Of a DNA stretch of 64,000 bases, positions 26,303-39,415 are shown piece by piece (position 1 is the stretch's first letter; every line of letters begins with the position of its first letter). The translations under genes and the position numbers were made by a program. Under the pieces are notes generated by a model that ran no database searches, was not told the DNA's origin, and saw only the letters and a list, made by a program, of their open reading frames with translations. The stretch lies in the NCBI GenBank assembly GCA_051362555.1, contig CM120648.1, positions 17,914,587 to 17,978,586 of the forward strand. The letters run 5' to 3'. Origin of the DNA: Lingula anatina. Lineage: Eukaryota > Animalia > Brachiopoda.

Positions 26303-28529
26303 CAGGGCTACTACTTAATATGGAATATTATTTTTTGGCGAGTATATTTTCTACAAAATATTTATTTTCTCTCCAACTACTTTAAATCCAAAACTGAGGT
26401 GTTACTCCATGTGTAGCCGGGTGTTTTACCTAATTACCATACAACTCTCGAAACAATTGATGTTTGCAGTTGAGTGTTCTGTGGTCACAGATGTGATGGG
26501 TGGTCATTTCGGCAATTTCTGCCCTTATATAAAAACGCATGGGTTTGGCTAATCTTTGGAGTGTATTTAGATAAGCAACAAAGGGATCGCTCTAAAAACT
26601 TGACAGGTACCTTAAAGAAGACATGGTTCGACAGCTAAGCAACGCAGCTTACTATGGTATTCTTGCTCTCAGAGAAATGGCCAGAAACGGACAGCCATTG
26701 CCAGGCAATGCAACATTTATCAGGAACCGTTAGTAAAGTCCTCCAAAGAAATGCTACTACAGGGGCACCTACTCCAATACCTCGACCAGGGTGTCCGCGT
26801 ATCACACCAAGAAGACAGGATCAACTTCTCCTTATACCCCCGTCACACTTTTTCGGAATCAGCAGGAATGAAGAAGAATGAGCCCGAACGAAGAATTTTT
26901 AAAATTCGAACCACATTCAGGGGAAAATTTTCAAATTGACCTTAATTATTGTAAGAGTACCGTTGGAATACTCAGAATGCGCTTGAATTCGCCTCGAATG
27001 ATGAGTGCATTTTCGACTGTGTAGCTCTCAAAAGCAGTTTAAATGTAGTTGGAAAACTAGGAATATTCATAATGCTGTAAGCAGGCAGTAAGAATATTTA
27101 GAATATACTTTGAACGTCGCACTATAGTAGCTCGATTGCTGGCAAAATTAATATTTCAGCTCATCCAAGGCACATTCGAAACATCCTGGCGGAGTATAAA
27201 ATCCCCGTCACACTAGAGGCGGAATGATTAAGAATGACGTCGGAAAAAACAAATCTTTGTGCATTCCAGCATATTCGAATAGCATTCTAAAAACATATTT
27301 GTCGGAATACCGTGAGAATATTAAGAATGCAGTCACAGTGCTGTTAGAATACTATTCAAATGCCATTCGATAATTTTTCCAACATTCAGGCCGACCACAA
27401 GAATGGGGAAAACTATTTGAAATGCACTCAAAATTTGTAGAAGAATGTCATTCAGAATGTCATTCAAACACTCGTTTCAAGGTCCCTCGTGAACAATTGC
27501 TTTCTGCAAGCCGGTTATTTTGCACGAAGACCAGTACGGAAACCATTGTTAATAGCACGTCATATACAGCGACGTCTGCAATGGGCTGGGGGACACGTGC
27601 GTTTGGAGCCAAAACACTGGAATCACGTCGTTTTCGGTGATGAGGCCAGATATGGAGTTTTTAGGGTTGACGGTCGAATCCGTGTCCGCCGACGTGTACG
27701 AGAGGCATAAAACGATGATTGTGCACTGCCTAGGGTGCAAGCAGGGGGTGGTAAGGTCTCTGTTTGCGGAGCACTTCATGCTGGTGCCCAGAATCAGTTG
27801 GTTTTTCTAGGAGGCAACCTCAACCAGGGTTCCTACAGAGACATTCTACAGCAAACAATGCTTCGATATGTAAGAGTCATATTCAGAAAAACTGTGAACC
27901 AAGGCGACTGCGAAACCGCACATCGAGCTCGCAGAATCACTATTTTTCATCGGGTTCAGCAACTGCCCTGGCCTGCAAACTCCCCAGATACGAACACAAT
28001 TGAATATATGTGGGCGGAAGTAACTCACAGAATTAATAGTGATGAAATACGACAGGCAAATATCACTGCGTGGAATGATATCCCCATCCAAACTCTAAAA
28101 AACTTGTCACAGGGTATGCCATGTAGGATGAGGGCACTGCAAGCGGCTGCTGGAGGTCATACCCGCTATTGATGACTTTTCATGATTTACTGTAATGAGT
28201 TCTTTGACTGTGTAACACATCACTCTTCGGAGGCTATCGTTTTCTAAACATCTTAGCTTTTAAAAAAATTTTTAAAAAAATTTAAATTTTTTTAAAAAAT
28301 TAATACTGATATCAATCTGTAACGCTGATATGGATTTCTGGGTGTTGGTCTTTTCTTTTGAGTGACATCTTATGTCAGATTTGATATTATTGACCAAAAT
28401 ATCTTTCAATAGAAGACTGGATATTTGAATCACTCAATGACATACTTTTTTATGAATCAAGCCGAAAAAAAATTAATCAGCACTCAAAAATAACAATGAT
28501 GAAAAATTCCATATTAAGTAGTAACCCTG
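26303..28529 (+). mobile_element. Tc1/mariner (DD34E) transposon copy 2, interrupted by an insertion
   Basis: TA flanks and the same TIRs as copy 1. Fragments ARRPVRKPLL..WNHVVFGDE and QQLPWPANSPDTNTIEYMW..AAAGGHTRY. Confidence 0.93.
26835..27453. mobile_element. Truncated MITE-like insertion nested in Tc1 copy 2
   Basis: Absent from copies 1 and 3. It starts TACCCCCGTCACAC after TTA, has an internal repeat of CCCCGTCACAC near 27203, and is rich in gaat/attc subrepeats. Confidence 0.75.
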
Positions 28530-30185
28530 TAACCCGATTGTACTTACTCAGAGTAAGACCGATCCAACTAGTGTGATGTAATTATCTGAATGCTCCCTAA
28601 TTACTCTAACAATATTGTAATAAATCGTTCCGCCATTTGTTGTTTTCAACCTTTACGACTCGCAATAATTTGATGAAATCGAGGATTGCTTCCTTGTTAT
28701 TATTTTTTTTTTCGATAGCTTAAGGCCCTAAGTCTCTAAATACGTCTTGTTGATTGCATTGATACGTTGGACCGCTTGTACGGTGACAGATCAAACTGAA
28801 TGTTTGTTGATTAAAACAAGCTTCGCGTCCCTTATGCATTGCACGCTTTCGGGATTTTCCCAGCGTTGTTTGGAATCCTATTTCAGTAGGTCAAAGCCGC
28901 TCCAGAGAGTCACACTAGATAATGTAACTCAATATGACCTTCTGGTTGGTGCTCCCTATACGAGATGAATAGCATACATTTTCCTGGCATTAGGACTGAT
29001 ACAATATCGTTTTCAGCGCTCTAAGTTCCAGGGAGATTATTTACTGTAGCTTATGGTGATTTCTATAGCATACAATGCAAATTGAGCCATCATAAGTAAC
29101 AAAAAAATCAATATACCTAGATGTATTAGCTGTTTCCTTTGACGCCAAGTTGATGTTCCTACCCAAAACGTTCAACAAATTACGATACATAGGCCGTTTT
29201 TTTTAGTTCAGTTCTAAAATTCTTCTAAGGAAAACAGTAGTTTATCCATTTCATACGAGACGATAAGGATCAGAAATTAAAAAACTCGACAACGGGTGTC
29301 TAGATAATTAATTTTCGCCACAGGTATGTGCGTGACTAGGTTATGGTAGGAAAATTGCTGCAATTTCCAGGGAATTATTTATTCTTCCCATTCTTCTGTA
29401 TATTGTTATTCTATGTTTTTGTTCTACAAATGACTGTGATGCACTGATTGTTCTCTACCATAGGAGCTGAAAACCAGAAACAGTCTAGCTGAAGCACAAA
29501 GAAATAAAATTGCAGGATACCCACCAGTACCAGCTTAGTGTTAAAACCTTCGATTTAAAATTGGCAAAACGAATAAAAAAGTTACTCTTACCATATAACG
29601 TCAATGAAAATGTCGTCAGTAGTTGAATAGTTATGGGTAAACGTTGAAAAATTCCCAAATTCGGTCCTTTTTGGCCAATTCCTGGCGTTGATCGTAGCTC
29701 CAGCAAAAGAGTGTCTTCATCTCTCCAATGCCTTATCAGCAAAGAACCAATAACGGGAAACACTGCCTGCGTCGCTGTGAAGTTGCCAACCAGGTAATTG
29801 CCGCGATAATAGGTGTTGATAGCATTCATTGATGCTAAATATCTTCTGGGAAACTATCCAGGCTTATACAAGTCATACTGCAAATAGCGACCGTGGCATT
29901 TGCCACGTTCAAGGGCATTCTGATAAGGCCATATTCTCGTGAGTCCGCTTGCAATGAAGACGGTCTAAGTCGAAAGCAAACAATGGATGTCTAATAAATA
30001 CTTAACGCACGCGATTATGCCGAAACCGAGGCTAATTAGGTGAGAAGAACGCAATTTTGGTCAAGACATCTTTGGTGAAATAAAATACCAATTCGCATTA
30101 TGTGTCTATGCGACGCTGACTGGATTTGTTGAGCAACGCCTTTGAATCTTCCACATATATTCAGGTAGATTAGAGCTAACACATC

Positions 30186-30236
<51 letters not shown>

Positions 30237-30504
30237 TTTGCAATGGCATTAAATATGCATTGCCAGTGATAAGGCTTAGAACCCGGATCCCCAGCGGAAA
30301 AAAATTAACAAAAGCAGCAGGTTCCGGGAAAAGCTGCGTGTTCTATAGATATCATATATCATTTTCAATTGCTCACATTCAAAGCAATGTTACTGGGGAG
30401 AGATTATAGAAGGCTACGCGCCAGAGACACCTGATACCAATGTGAATTATAGAAAATCAGTTCATAATACAATCATAAATGATATATAAGAGACATGATG
30501 TGCA

Positions 30505-30828
30505 ATGCTCTCTCTCAAAGTATCTCTTTCTGTCTTTCCTCCTTCCTTTCTTCATTCTCTCTCTCTCAATATCTGTCTCTCCCCCTCCCTTCCCCCCTTC
30601 CTCACTCCCTCTCTCATTCTCTCCATTCATTTCTTTCCTCCTCCCTCTCTCTCCCTTCCTCTCCCTCTCTTCCCTCCCTCTCTCCCTCATTCTCTCCATT
30701 CATTTCTTTCCTCCTCCCTCTCTCTTCCTCCCACTACCACTCTTCCCTCCCTCTCTCCCTAATTCTCTCCATTCATTTCTTTCCTCCTCCCTCCCTCTCT
30801 CTCCCTCCCTCCCTCCCTCATTCTCTCT
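30505..30828. repeat. Pyrimidine-rich low-complexity tract with internal duplications
   Basis: attctctccattcatttctttcctcctccctc occurs three times. Confidence 0.8.
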
Positions 30829-31081
30829 CAGAACAACGAACAAGGTAGTTTATCGGTCGTTTTAATATACGCCTCTCATTCTTGGATCAATAAATGAAGT
30901 CGTTAACCCAGGTACACATGAGGTTTTCACCTTGTTTCCTTTTATCTTTTTATTTCATATTATAGCGTAGGTTTGTTAGAGCCAGCGCTATGCTTATCAT
31001 TAATCACAAGAGCCTAAGCCTCTTCAACACCAAAGAATGCAATTGTTCGGAGAAGAAACTGAAAGGTGTTTTTATGCTTTC

Positions 31082-31135
<54 letters not shown>

Positions 31136-34100
31136 TAATAAAGGGATGTCACCGGTCAAAAAGTAGATAAGATGGTAACATCTATATAAGATCTATTTCA
31201 ATCACCTCACTTAATCTTTTCCAGACGGATTCGACGGTTGCTCGGCTTGGCACTTGGTCAGTTCAGAATGCCACACTTGCAGACCATATTAAACCTCACA
31301 TGTTGTCAAAGTTTCCTAATGATGATATCACTAACAAAATAAATGTTCCTACCGTATTTACCTAATATTAATGCGTTTACTCTAACAATTAGAGTAACGA
31401 TTCTTAATATTATTATTTTAATTATGCTTTCTAATTCGTCACATTTTACTGTAATCATCAACATCATCATCATCATTTTTATTATTATCATTATTATTAT
31501 TATTATTATTATTATTTATTAGTAGTAGTAGTACTAATGGACCGTCACCAATCAGCGACTCTTAGTGCGAGCTCTGTTTTGAGTGAAAATGTTTGGTAAC
31601 AGTCGCAATGAGGAACAAAGTGGGTAACTCTTTTTATACGACATTGACAGGTAACGTCTAGTTATCTTTTTATATGTTTTTACACACACTGTGCAACAAA
31701 ATACCACAGAAACTTCAGGGTAATGCATTGTTGCATGACTATCATATGAGAAGATAAAAGATAAATAATCTACATAAGATCTATTTTCAACTATTTTGAC
31801 GCCCCTTTTCCACACCGACTACGAATTCCACGATCCGAAAACAGTGTGATAAATCCCAAGGTTCTTCATTTAATCGTGATCAATTCGATAAGCTCTCACC
31901 TGATCCTACTTTATTCTCAATCACTTCTTGTAATTCTTGACAGATCGTGAAATCGACACAAAAGGTTCGAGCCATGCGGTCTTCTATTTATCACCATTTG
32001 ATGTTCATACTCCAGTTGTAGGGCCGGCACCACAGCTGCTCTATGTTCAACATCCATTTTGGAATTGACGTCCAGGCAGAGACAAGGTTTCTACTGTACA
32101 AAATTCCACGTTAACTCACCATTTTAAAATTTATTAATTCTCAGTAGGTGTTGATCGTTTCATTAGGACAGATCAGATCCACTAAGACAAAGTATAACTT
32201 GATGGTCAGACCTATCGCGGCTATAATATGACACAGAGAGAGACTTTGACAGGCAATGTTGACAAACCAACTATCATATTTAACCCACAGAATGATACAT
32301 TCCTTACAGCAGTATCTCCATTTATACTATTAGCATCACAAGCAAAAAGCGTCCATGAGACTATTTGACCTGTCCATGAGAGCATTCATTATTCAGAACA
32401 GCGGCCATATTTGATCCGCGGATCTGTTAGTCCGCTGTGCTGAATGCTCTCTATGCTGATGTATAAGTATCTGCCATATTCAATTATTTATATATTTCCA
32501 TTTTCTTTATAAAAAAATTATGTAAAGAAGCAGTGGCATTACAAGTAGCAAAGACTGCCATGTATTTTAATATGTAACATTATAAATTGAAAAAAAAACT
32601 CATTATTATTATTACTATTTTTATTATTATTATTATTTGTATTTTAACTATAATAAACCAAGCCATTACCAAAAACTTACCAAGATGTGACGTCAATGTT
32701 TTTTTTCTGAGAATTACACCTAACTCTTGACAGGAAATTATTAGCAAAAGGTGACGAACGCACTGTTGACTTAGGTATTGTTAATTAAGCTGTTTGCTGA
32801 AGTAATTTTATTTCAAATACCACGAACTCCATCCATCAAATTTGTTCAAACTGCATCGTTAGACACGTACTAAACATCGTTACCTTCTAAGACACTGAAA
32901 GTCTGCGTGTTTTGTGATAAATAGCTTGGTACAGTGGAAGACCGAGTAGTGACTAAGTAATTAGCTTTGACCATCTAACTGATTGGGGAATTTAGACTTG
33001 ATAGAGCGAACTCGTGGCTATATTCGCGTGCTGCAAATATCCACTTTGTTTGCGTCAACTGTGAGATATATAGTTCAGAATTAGTCTTGCAAAGAGAAGC
33101 AACCAAGAAATTAGTTTAATTGAGAAATCTAGACATATATCAGATGCCTGTATGCAGAGCAGGAACTATTCGATGGTCAGATATTTGTACATAAAGCAGA
33201 ACGCTACTTCAAAGTTAATTGTGATCATTAAAGCTGCCTTGATGTCATACTAAGACGTGATCCTGGGCTGTAATGTATCATTTCTCCTTCTGTGTTAAGG
33301 TTACTTGGTAACTGCGTATAAACTGTTTTCCTTTTTGTGGAAAAAAACACTACCTTTTTCAGGTTAATGTACGTCATAATAGTATTTTTTTGTTGGTGTT
33401 GACGTATGTAACGTACTAATTGTATGTGATTTTAAAGACAACAAGGACATTTTGCACAAGAGATTTCTCTTTGACGATATTGGCTATCTTGCATAATTTC
33501 CATTAAACATTAAACCTGATTTGCGAGGCTAGTGCTTTATTAAATCTGCTGCACAACTGACCTAAAGATATGACTGTGACCTAAATCATAAAATATACTG
33601 GACCCTTTTTACAAGTTTTGGCCATGGTTTTCAGTGGAGTGTGCTTGGTTAAAAAATAAAGAAACTCTCAGCATTATCTGGAGTGCTCAAGAATCAGGCT
33701 ATTCCAGTTAGGTTCAAAGAAAAATAAATTTCTACCACTTTCTGATTTTTTTGTCTTTTATTCTTCTTCGTCTCCTTCTTCTTTTTCATGTTCTTCTATT
33801 TCTTCTTCTTAATTATTAACAAGACATTTACATTTTCTACAACATGAGGATTTATGAGAAGGAATTCTACCTCACACTATAGTGAAAAACGGGAATATAA
33901 AACCATGATGTTTTTTAAGAAATCTGATTACTCTTCATTTATTTCTTATTCTTATGTTTGCTGTTGCTGTTAATTGATCAGGCCACCTGTGTACATGACT
34001 ACAAGTTCACCTTGCGCGCTGACAAAGCACGATTCCCTTTGGTGACAGAAACTTTCGTTAGAGGGCCTAGCCAAACACTTTTGGGGACAAGGAAATGTCC

Positions 34101-36533
34101 TTTTTGTCGTGCAATGCTGAGAGCCCCTGGATGCTACACGATATAGTTGTTGTCAAAGACGACCGCCAAGGGCCAAAGGGCGTCATTTAATGTCAAAGTG
34201 AACCGTCTGCCTTAAATTGCAAGGCGACGTCTAAAACAAAGAACGGACAAATTGGTCTAAAATTCAAATGAAATAAGGCTCAAAAATAATTGTAATAATC
34301 TGGCACCGTTTTGAAAGTGTCAGTATTAATTTTTCTCAAAAAAATTATTATGAGGGGGAAAGAAAAAAAAAATTCGATGCAATTGCAAAATCCGAAACAC
34401 CGGTAATATGTCGATTGAATACATAATCTATCCTTGAATAAAATGTCCATCAATGTTCGTGCACTTCTACCATATCACTTCTGCTGTAAAACGCAAAAAG
34501 AGTCAAGAACGCATAAAACAGACATAAACGCGCTAATTGGCTTCTTAAGTACTTTGCAGCGTCACGGTGAGAAGATGCGCTTTAACGTTAAAGGCGTCTC
34601 CCAAACATGCTCAATATAAACGTCCCCGTATTGCTTTCACCAAGACAGCAAGGACTGAGTCGGCTCTCCTATAATTATCGGTAAGTTTCAGAACATTCCT
34701 AATACACTTCAAGCAGTTATATATAGCCAGTCATTATGGTTGCAAGAGGCAGTATTTTTCCAATGGAAATCCGAACAGACTAGTAATGATATGCTGTTAA
34801 TGACATGAATAAAAACGCCGGAGTCTTAAGGATTTCAACGGCGCGTTTTATTCTCGTATTAATTTGTGCGCCAACCGCGAAGCAGAGAAATATAATCAAC
34901 ATACTAACTGTGCTTAGTGGGGAGCCGTTGAATCTATTACGCTTGGATTAGGTCGAAACTTGCATAAGCATAGAAAAACTTGCATAAGTGTAACCCAGTT
35001 GGTAATTGCCCTCCGCTTACTTATTCAACTCCATACGTACTGTGACAGCTATTGGGAAATAAGTAAACCGCAGACACACAAAATGCTTAAAAAAGAAATT
35101 AGATGAAATCCGAATCTTCTAACGGTTCAGATGGATGAAGTATAAATCAAAGTATTGATTACTGCTTCTATATCAGAGTTAAATTCTTAATCTTTATTTA
35201 TTTATTCATTTATAATTTTTTGTCTAGCGAATAGAAGTCTTAGTCTGTCTAGAATTATTAACAATGTAAGCGACTCCGCTAATAACTTTGATGACTGCGG
35301 TACATCGGTTCATTTTGCAAGACATAGTTAAAATGCGATTGACCGTTATTTTTGTTATCTTCATCAATCCTTTCCAAGACTGCCTATGTACATGACACAC
35401 CAAAACGACAATGCTAGAGAGCATTCACAACAGAGCTGAGCCGAGGACTAGCTGGTCCGCGTATTAAAAATGGCGCGCACTTGACAAAGGATTCCTGCTC
35501 CCACACGCTCCATCCCAGCAGAGGCAGAGCAATTCATTCTCGGCTGCTTTCAAGTTAGATCTGTTAGTCTGCGGACCAACTTGTTCTAAATGTGCTTTAT
35601 GTTATAAAAAAAACTTATTCAGTGGCCGACCCAAGGAGGGGCAAACTGGGCTATCGACCCAATCCCCACCCACCCGCCCACCCCCTACGCAGGCACCCTC
35701 TTCTACACCTCCCCCCTCCTCAAAACAAACAAACCCAAATCCGACATTCCAGCCCTATGCCATATTGCAGTGAATAAAGCCGCCATTAACTCCACGTTAT
35801 TTATTTAACCTTTTTTAACCTCCTTTCTCAAATCTCTGGACAGACCAATGCTTCCTGATTTATACAAAAAAAAAAAAAAAAAAAAAAAAAGAACACACAC
35901 ACATACACACACACACACACACTTTGCCGTATTTGCACGACATGGCTAGCTTTTTCATTAGACCCGAAATGAATATCTTGCGTGTATTGAAACAGATAAC
36001 TGAAAAGGAACCGAAAGGCATGACTGTCAAGCCTTAAGTCAATTGGTTGTAAATTTGAGATGGCACTTTTGAAAATGAATATGAGACACCTGCGTTCGCC
36101 CAAATAATTAGATGTCGCCTCCCTGACGGTGCACATGTGACCTGACAGCCAAGCACACCTTATTTCCATGTCGTTGGTAAATTGTTGTCAACTGGAAATG
36201 TTGTGTTCTGCAATTGCTATGTCAGTTGGTTGTAATTTCGGCTGGCCAGGCCTTCGCTTTTATCTCTATATTTCAGTTGTTTTCAAAAATGTATTTCGTG
36301 TTTAAGATACGATGAATGACATTAAAATATAAATGTATTTTAGCGATACCAAGTGACATTGTTTTAGTTCAGGCATTTATACCTGCCTTAACACCAATTA
36401 AATTAACTGTATGTACCCGTTTGGCGAGTTGGATTTTTCACTAAGCAATTTTCTATGTCGCACATTAAACAAATTGCCTGCTTCAGTGTTACTTTCTGCT
36501 TCATTTCTATACACTTTATCCTCCTCACAAATC

Positions 36534-36878
36534 ACATATACCTGTGACATGCATGATGCACGTACATATTACATATACCTGTGACATGCATGATGCACGT
36601 ACATATTACATATACCTGTGACATGCATGATGCACGTACATATTACATATACCTGTGACATTCATGATGCACGTACATATTACATATACCTGTGACATGC
36701 ACGATAGACGTACATATTACATATACCTGTGACATGCATGATGCACGTACATATTACATATACCTGTGACATGCATGATGCACGTACATATTACATATAC
36801 CTGTGACATGCATGATGCACGTACATATTACATATACCTGTGACATGCATGATGCACGTACATATTGCATATACCTGT
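36534..36878. repeat. 37-bp minisatellite, about 9 copies
   Basis: Unit acatatacctgtgacatgcatgatgcacgtacatatt, nearly identical copies. Confidence 0.95.
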
Positions 36879-37276
36879 TATATGTTAGGCACGAAATACA
36901 CTTGCACGTTACATACACGTCACATATGCCCATTACATGTACGTGAAGCATCTACATGCAAAATATGCATATATTGAATTATTTACAGTTGTGCAAACTG
37001 GGTTTTGGCAAGAATCTCGTCGACATCTTGCAGTACACTTTGATCTTTATTGAGCATGCCTGTTTTTTTTTTGTCATAATTTTACATGCTTCTAAAGTAT
37101 TCTCCTGTTTACACTATTCATTTTGTACCCAATATTCTCTCCACTGATTGATTAAGTGATTGAGTGATCTAATTTGCCATGCCTTCGGCTATTCATTTCT
37201 CTGTTTATTAATTTGTATCAATCTACATATTTGTTTTGTTGAAACTAATGATACTTTCCCCTTTCAGCACAACAAA

Positions 37277-37370
37277 ATGTCCACTTTAGACCGGTTGGTA
37301 CTGGTTTGCCTAATCTTGTGTTATTGCCAAGAGCTGATTAGTTGTGACTCAACACTGGAGACATGCACAG
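37277..37370 (+). CDS. Six-domain chitin-binding (ChtBD2/peritrophin-A) protein, first coding exon (signal peptide)
   Basis: Acceptor ctttcag just upstream, AAA-ATG context, MSTLDRLVLVCLILCYCQELISCDSTLETCT. Donor CAG|GTAATA is phase 1 and compatible with 48439. Confidence 0.68.
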
Positions 37371-37371
37371 G

Positions 37372-37463
<92 letters not shown>

Positions 37464-39359
37464 GACGCTGTACATTGGTGTGGTGCTGTAAATTACTACC
37501 ATCATTAAGTAGTGACTGGAACTACCCTATTTTTTTACTTTCTTTTTTATTTTTTCATAAAACCATTTATGACTGCATGCGGCCATACGATCGTACTGCT
37601 GTATCTATGAAAATCTACTAAAAGATGTTATATTCTATTCAAGCTTTCGGCCCATAGACCTTCTACAGGGGTTTGTAACATTATGATATGCTTTTGCTTA
37701 TGTTGTTAACGTGCCCATCTCTACACGTGTACAGTTGGTTTCCTGTCCATGTGAATTAGACTCTTTGATATCAAACTCACGCCAACATCTATTGATCAAC
37801 TTCACGTGTTACAGGTTTAATGACAGTATTCCAGACAGTACAAGTCGTCGTCATTCTCTCTATAAAACAGACAAATCCATCATCAACCTCACAAATCGAG
37901 AGGAAATATAGTTAACAACAAGATTTAAAAAAAGAAAAAGATCGAGAGATCAGTCCTGACTAAAGCTGTCATTATTTTCAGAACAATAAAGTCACGCTCG
38001 CGAGTATTTTTTTTTTTTTATATGGAAAATTGTGCACCTGGGCATTTTTTTCAAACATATTCTCTCACCATGTTTCGGGTGGTTCGACTATATATAAAAA
38101 TTGTAAAAAAATTACCTTACAGTTTAGGGTAATATTGAACACGGCACGTAGTTCTTCTGTGGAATTGTTGGCAATCACTTCTTCGGTTCTTGTCATATAC
38201 GCATTTAAATCCTCCGCTTTGCTCTTCGTAACCACACGCAGATCATAACACTGGGCATGTTTTATATCAAGAAGGCAACGGCCTGCGTGTAAAATAAAAT
38301 GATAGATATATCACTGTAATATTATTTCACGAAATTCTCCGTGACTTTCACGATCTTTAGTTATACAAGACTCAGTTACCTGCCCTAGGGGTTGCTTTAC
38401 CAAGTGGTTAAATTCAAAAGTTGGTCTTAGCAAAGGCTGGATAATTTTTTACCGACTGTGGTGAAGTTTCACAAAAGAATCCTTGATGCTGTTAAACATT
38501 TCTGTTGGTCAGTAACAGGACTTTCGGAACAAAACCTGATTATATCTGAATTGACAAAAATCGGTTCTGGCAGTAGTGACAAAGCTGTATCGATGTATTT
38601 CATATAAATTTATTGGGGTGTGATTGTTTGTAAACCGTCTATGCCATTATCACCGAGTCGACTTCACATAGGCGACTAAGTTTATCAGTCTAATCTAAGA
38701 CACGTTCAACGAATCTGTTCCAAAATGTGTACCAAATCTTTTCTGCTGTGAAACAGGCCCCTGGATTGGTTGATCTGGGTCTTCTGGCCTGGATGTATAG
38801 AATGATCATTGATATTCATTGCATATTTAGTTAAATGTTTTTTATAACATCTGTTGTCATGAGAGTAAGGGATCCAGCCATCCAGCTTTGTCTTGACAAT
38901 CAATGTCCTGGAACGGTTTCACAAAATAAAGTGGGTCTTAACAACAACATAAAAAAAACGAAAAAAAAAAGAGAGAGAGAGAGAGGTTTATTCCTACTCA
39001 GAGAAAGTAATGTTGAAATGTTATCAAAACAAAATAGCCACCCGTCTAAAATGTTGCCAGTTCCCAGTCCCTTCCTTCTGCAAAATAGCTCCATCGGCCT
39101 CACCGAAATGAACGACCACCGGTCTGTGAGCTAGCGAGAATATACACGGACCAATAACTGAGTTCACGAATTTTAGCTCTTAAATGAATGACGAACAATA
39201 TATTTAATTCTGAACATTTTCATTTGCCTTCAATATTTATTTTAAAGGTATATTTTCAACCTAATCCTATTCTTAATACTGTATCTTTACATTTAATTTA
39301 TACATTCATGTGTATATATAAATTCATTTGTTATATAGTGCAAAAATCACAATAAACCC

Positions 39360-39415
<56 letters not shown>

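Noticed and set aside
27735-28172. Active transposase genes (also 52582-53052 and 9852-10628)
   Set aside because: All three Tc1 copies have frameshifts, stops or insertions.
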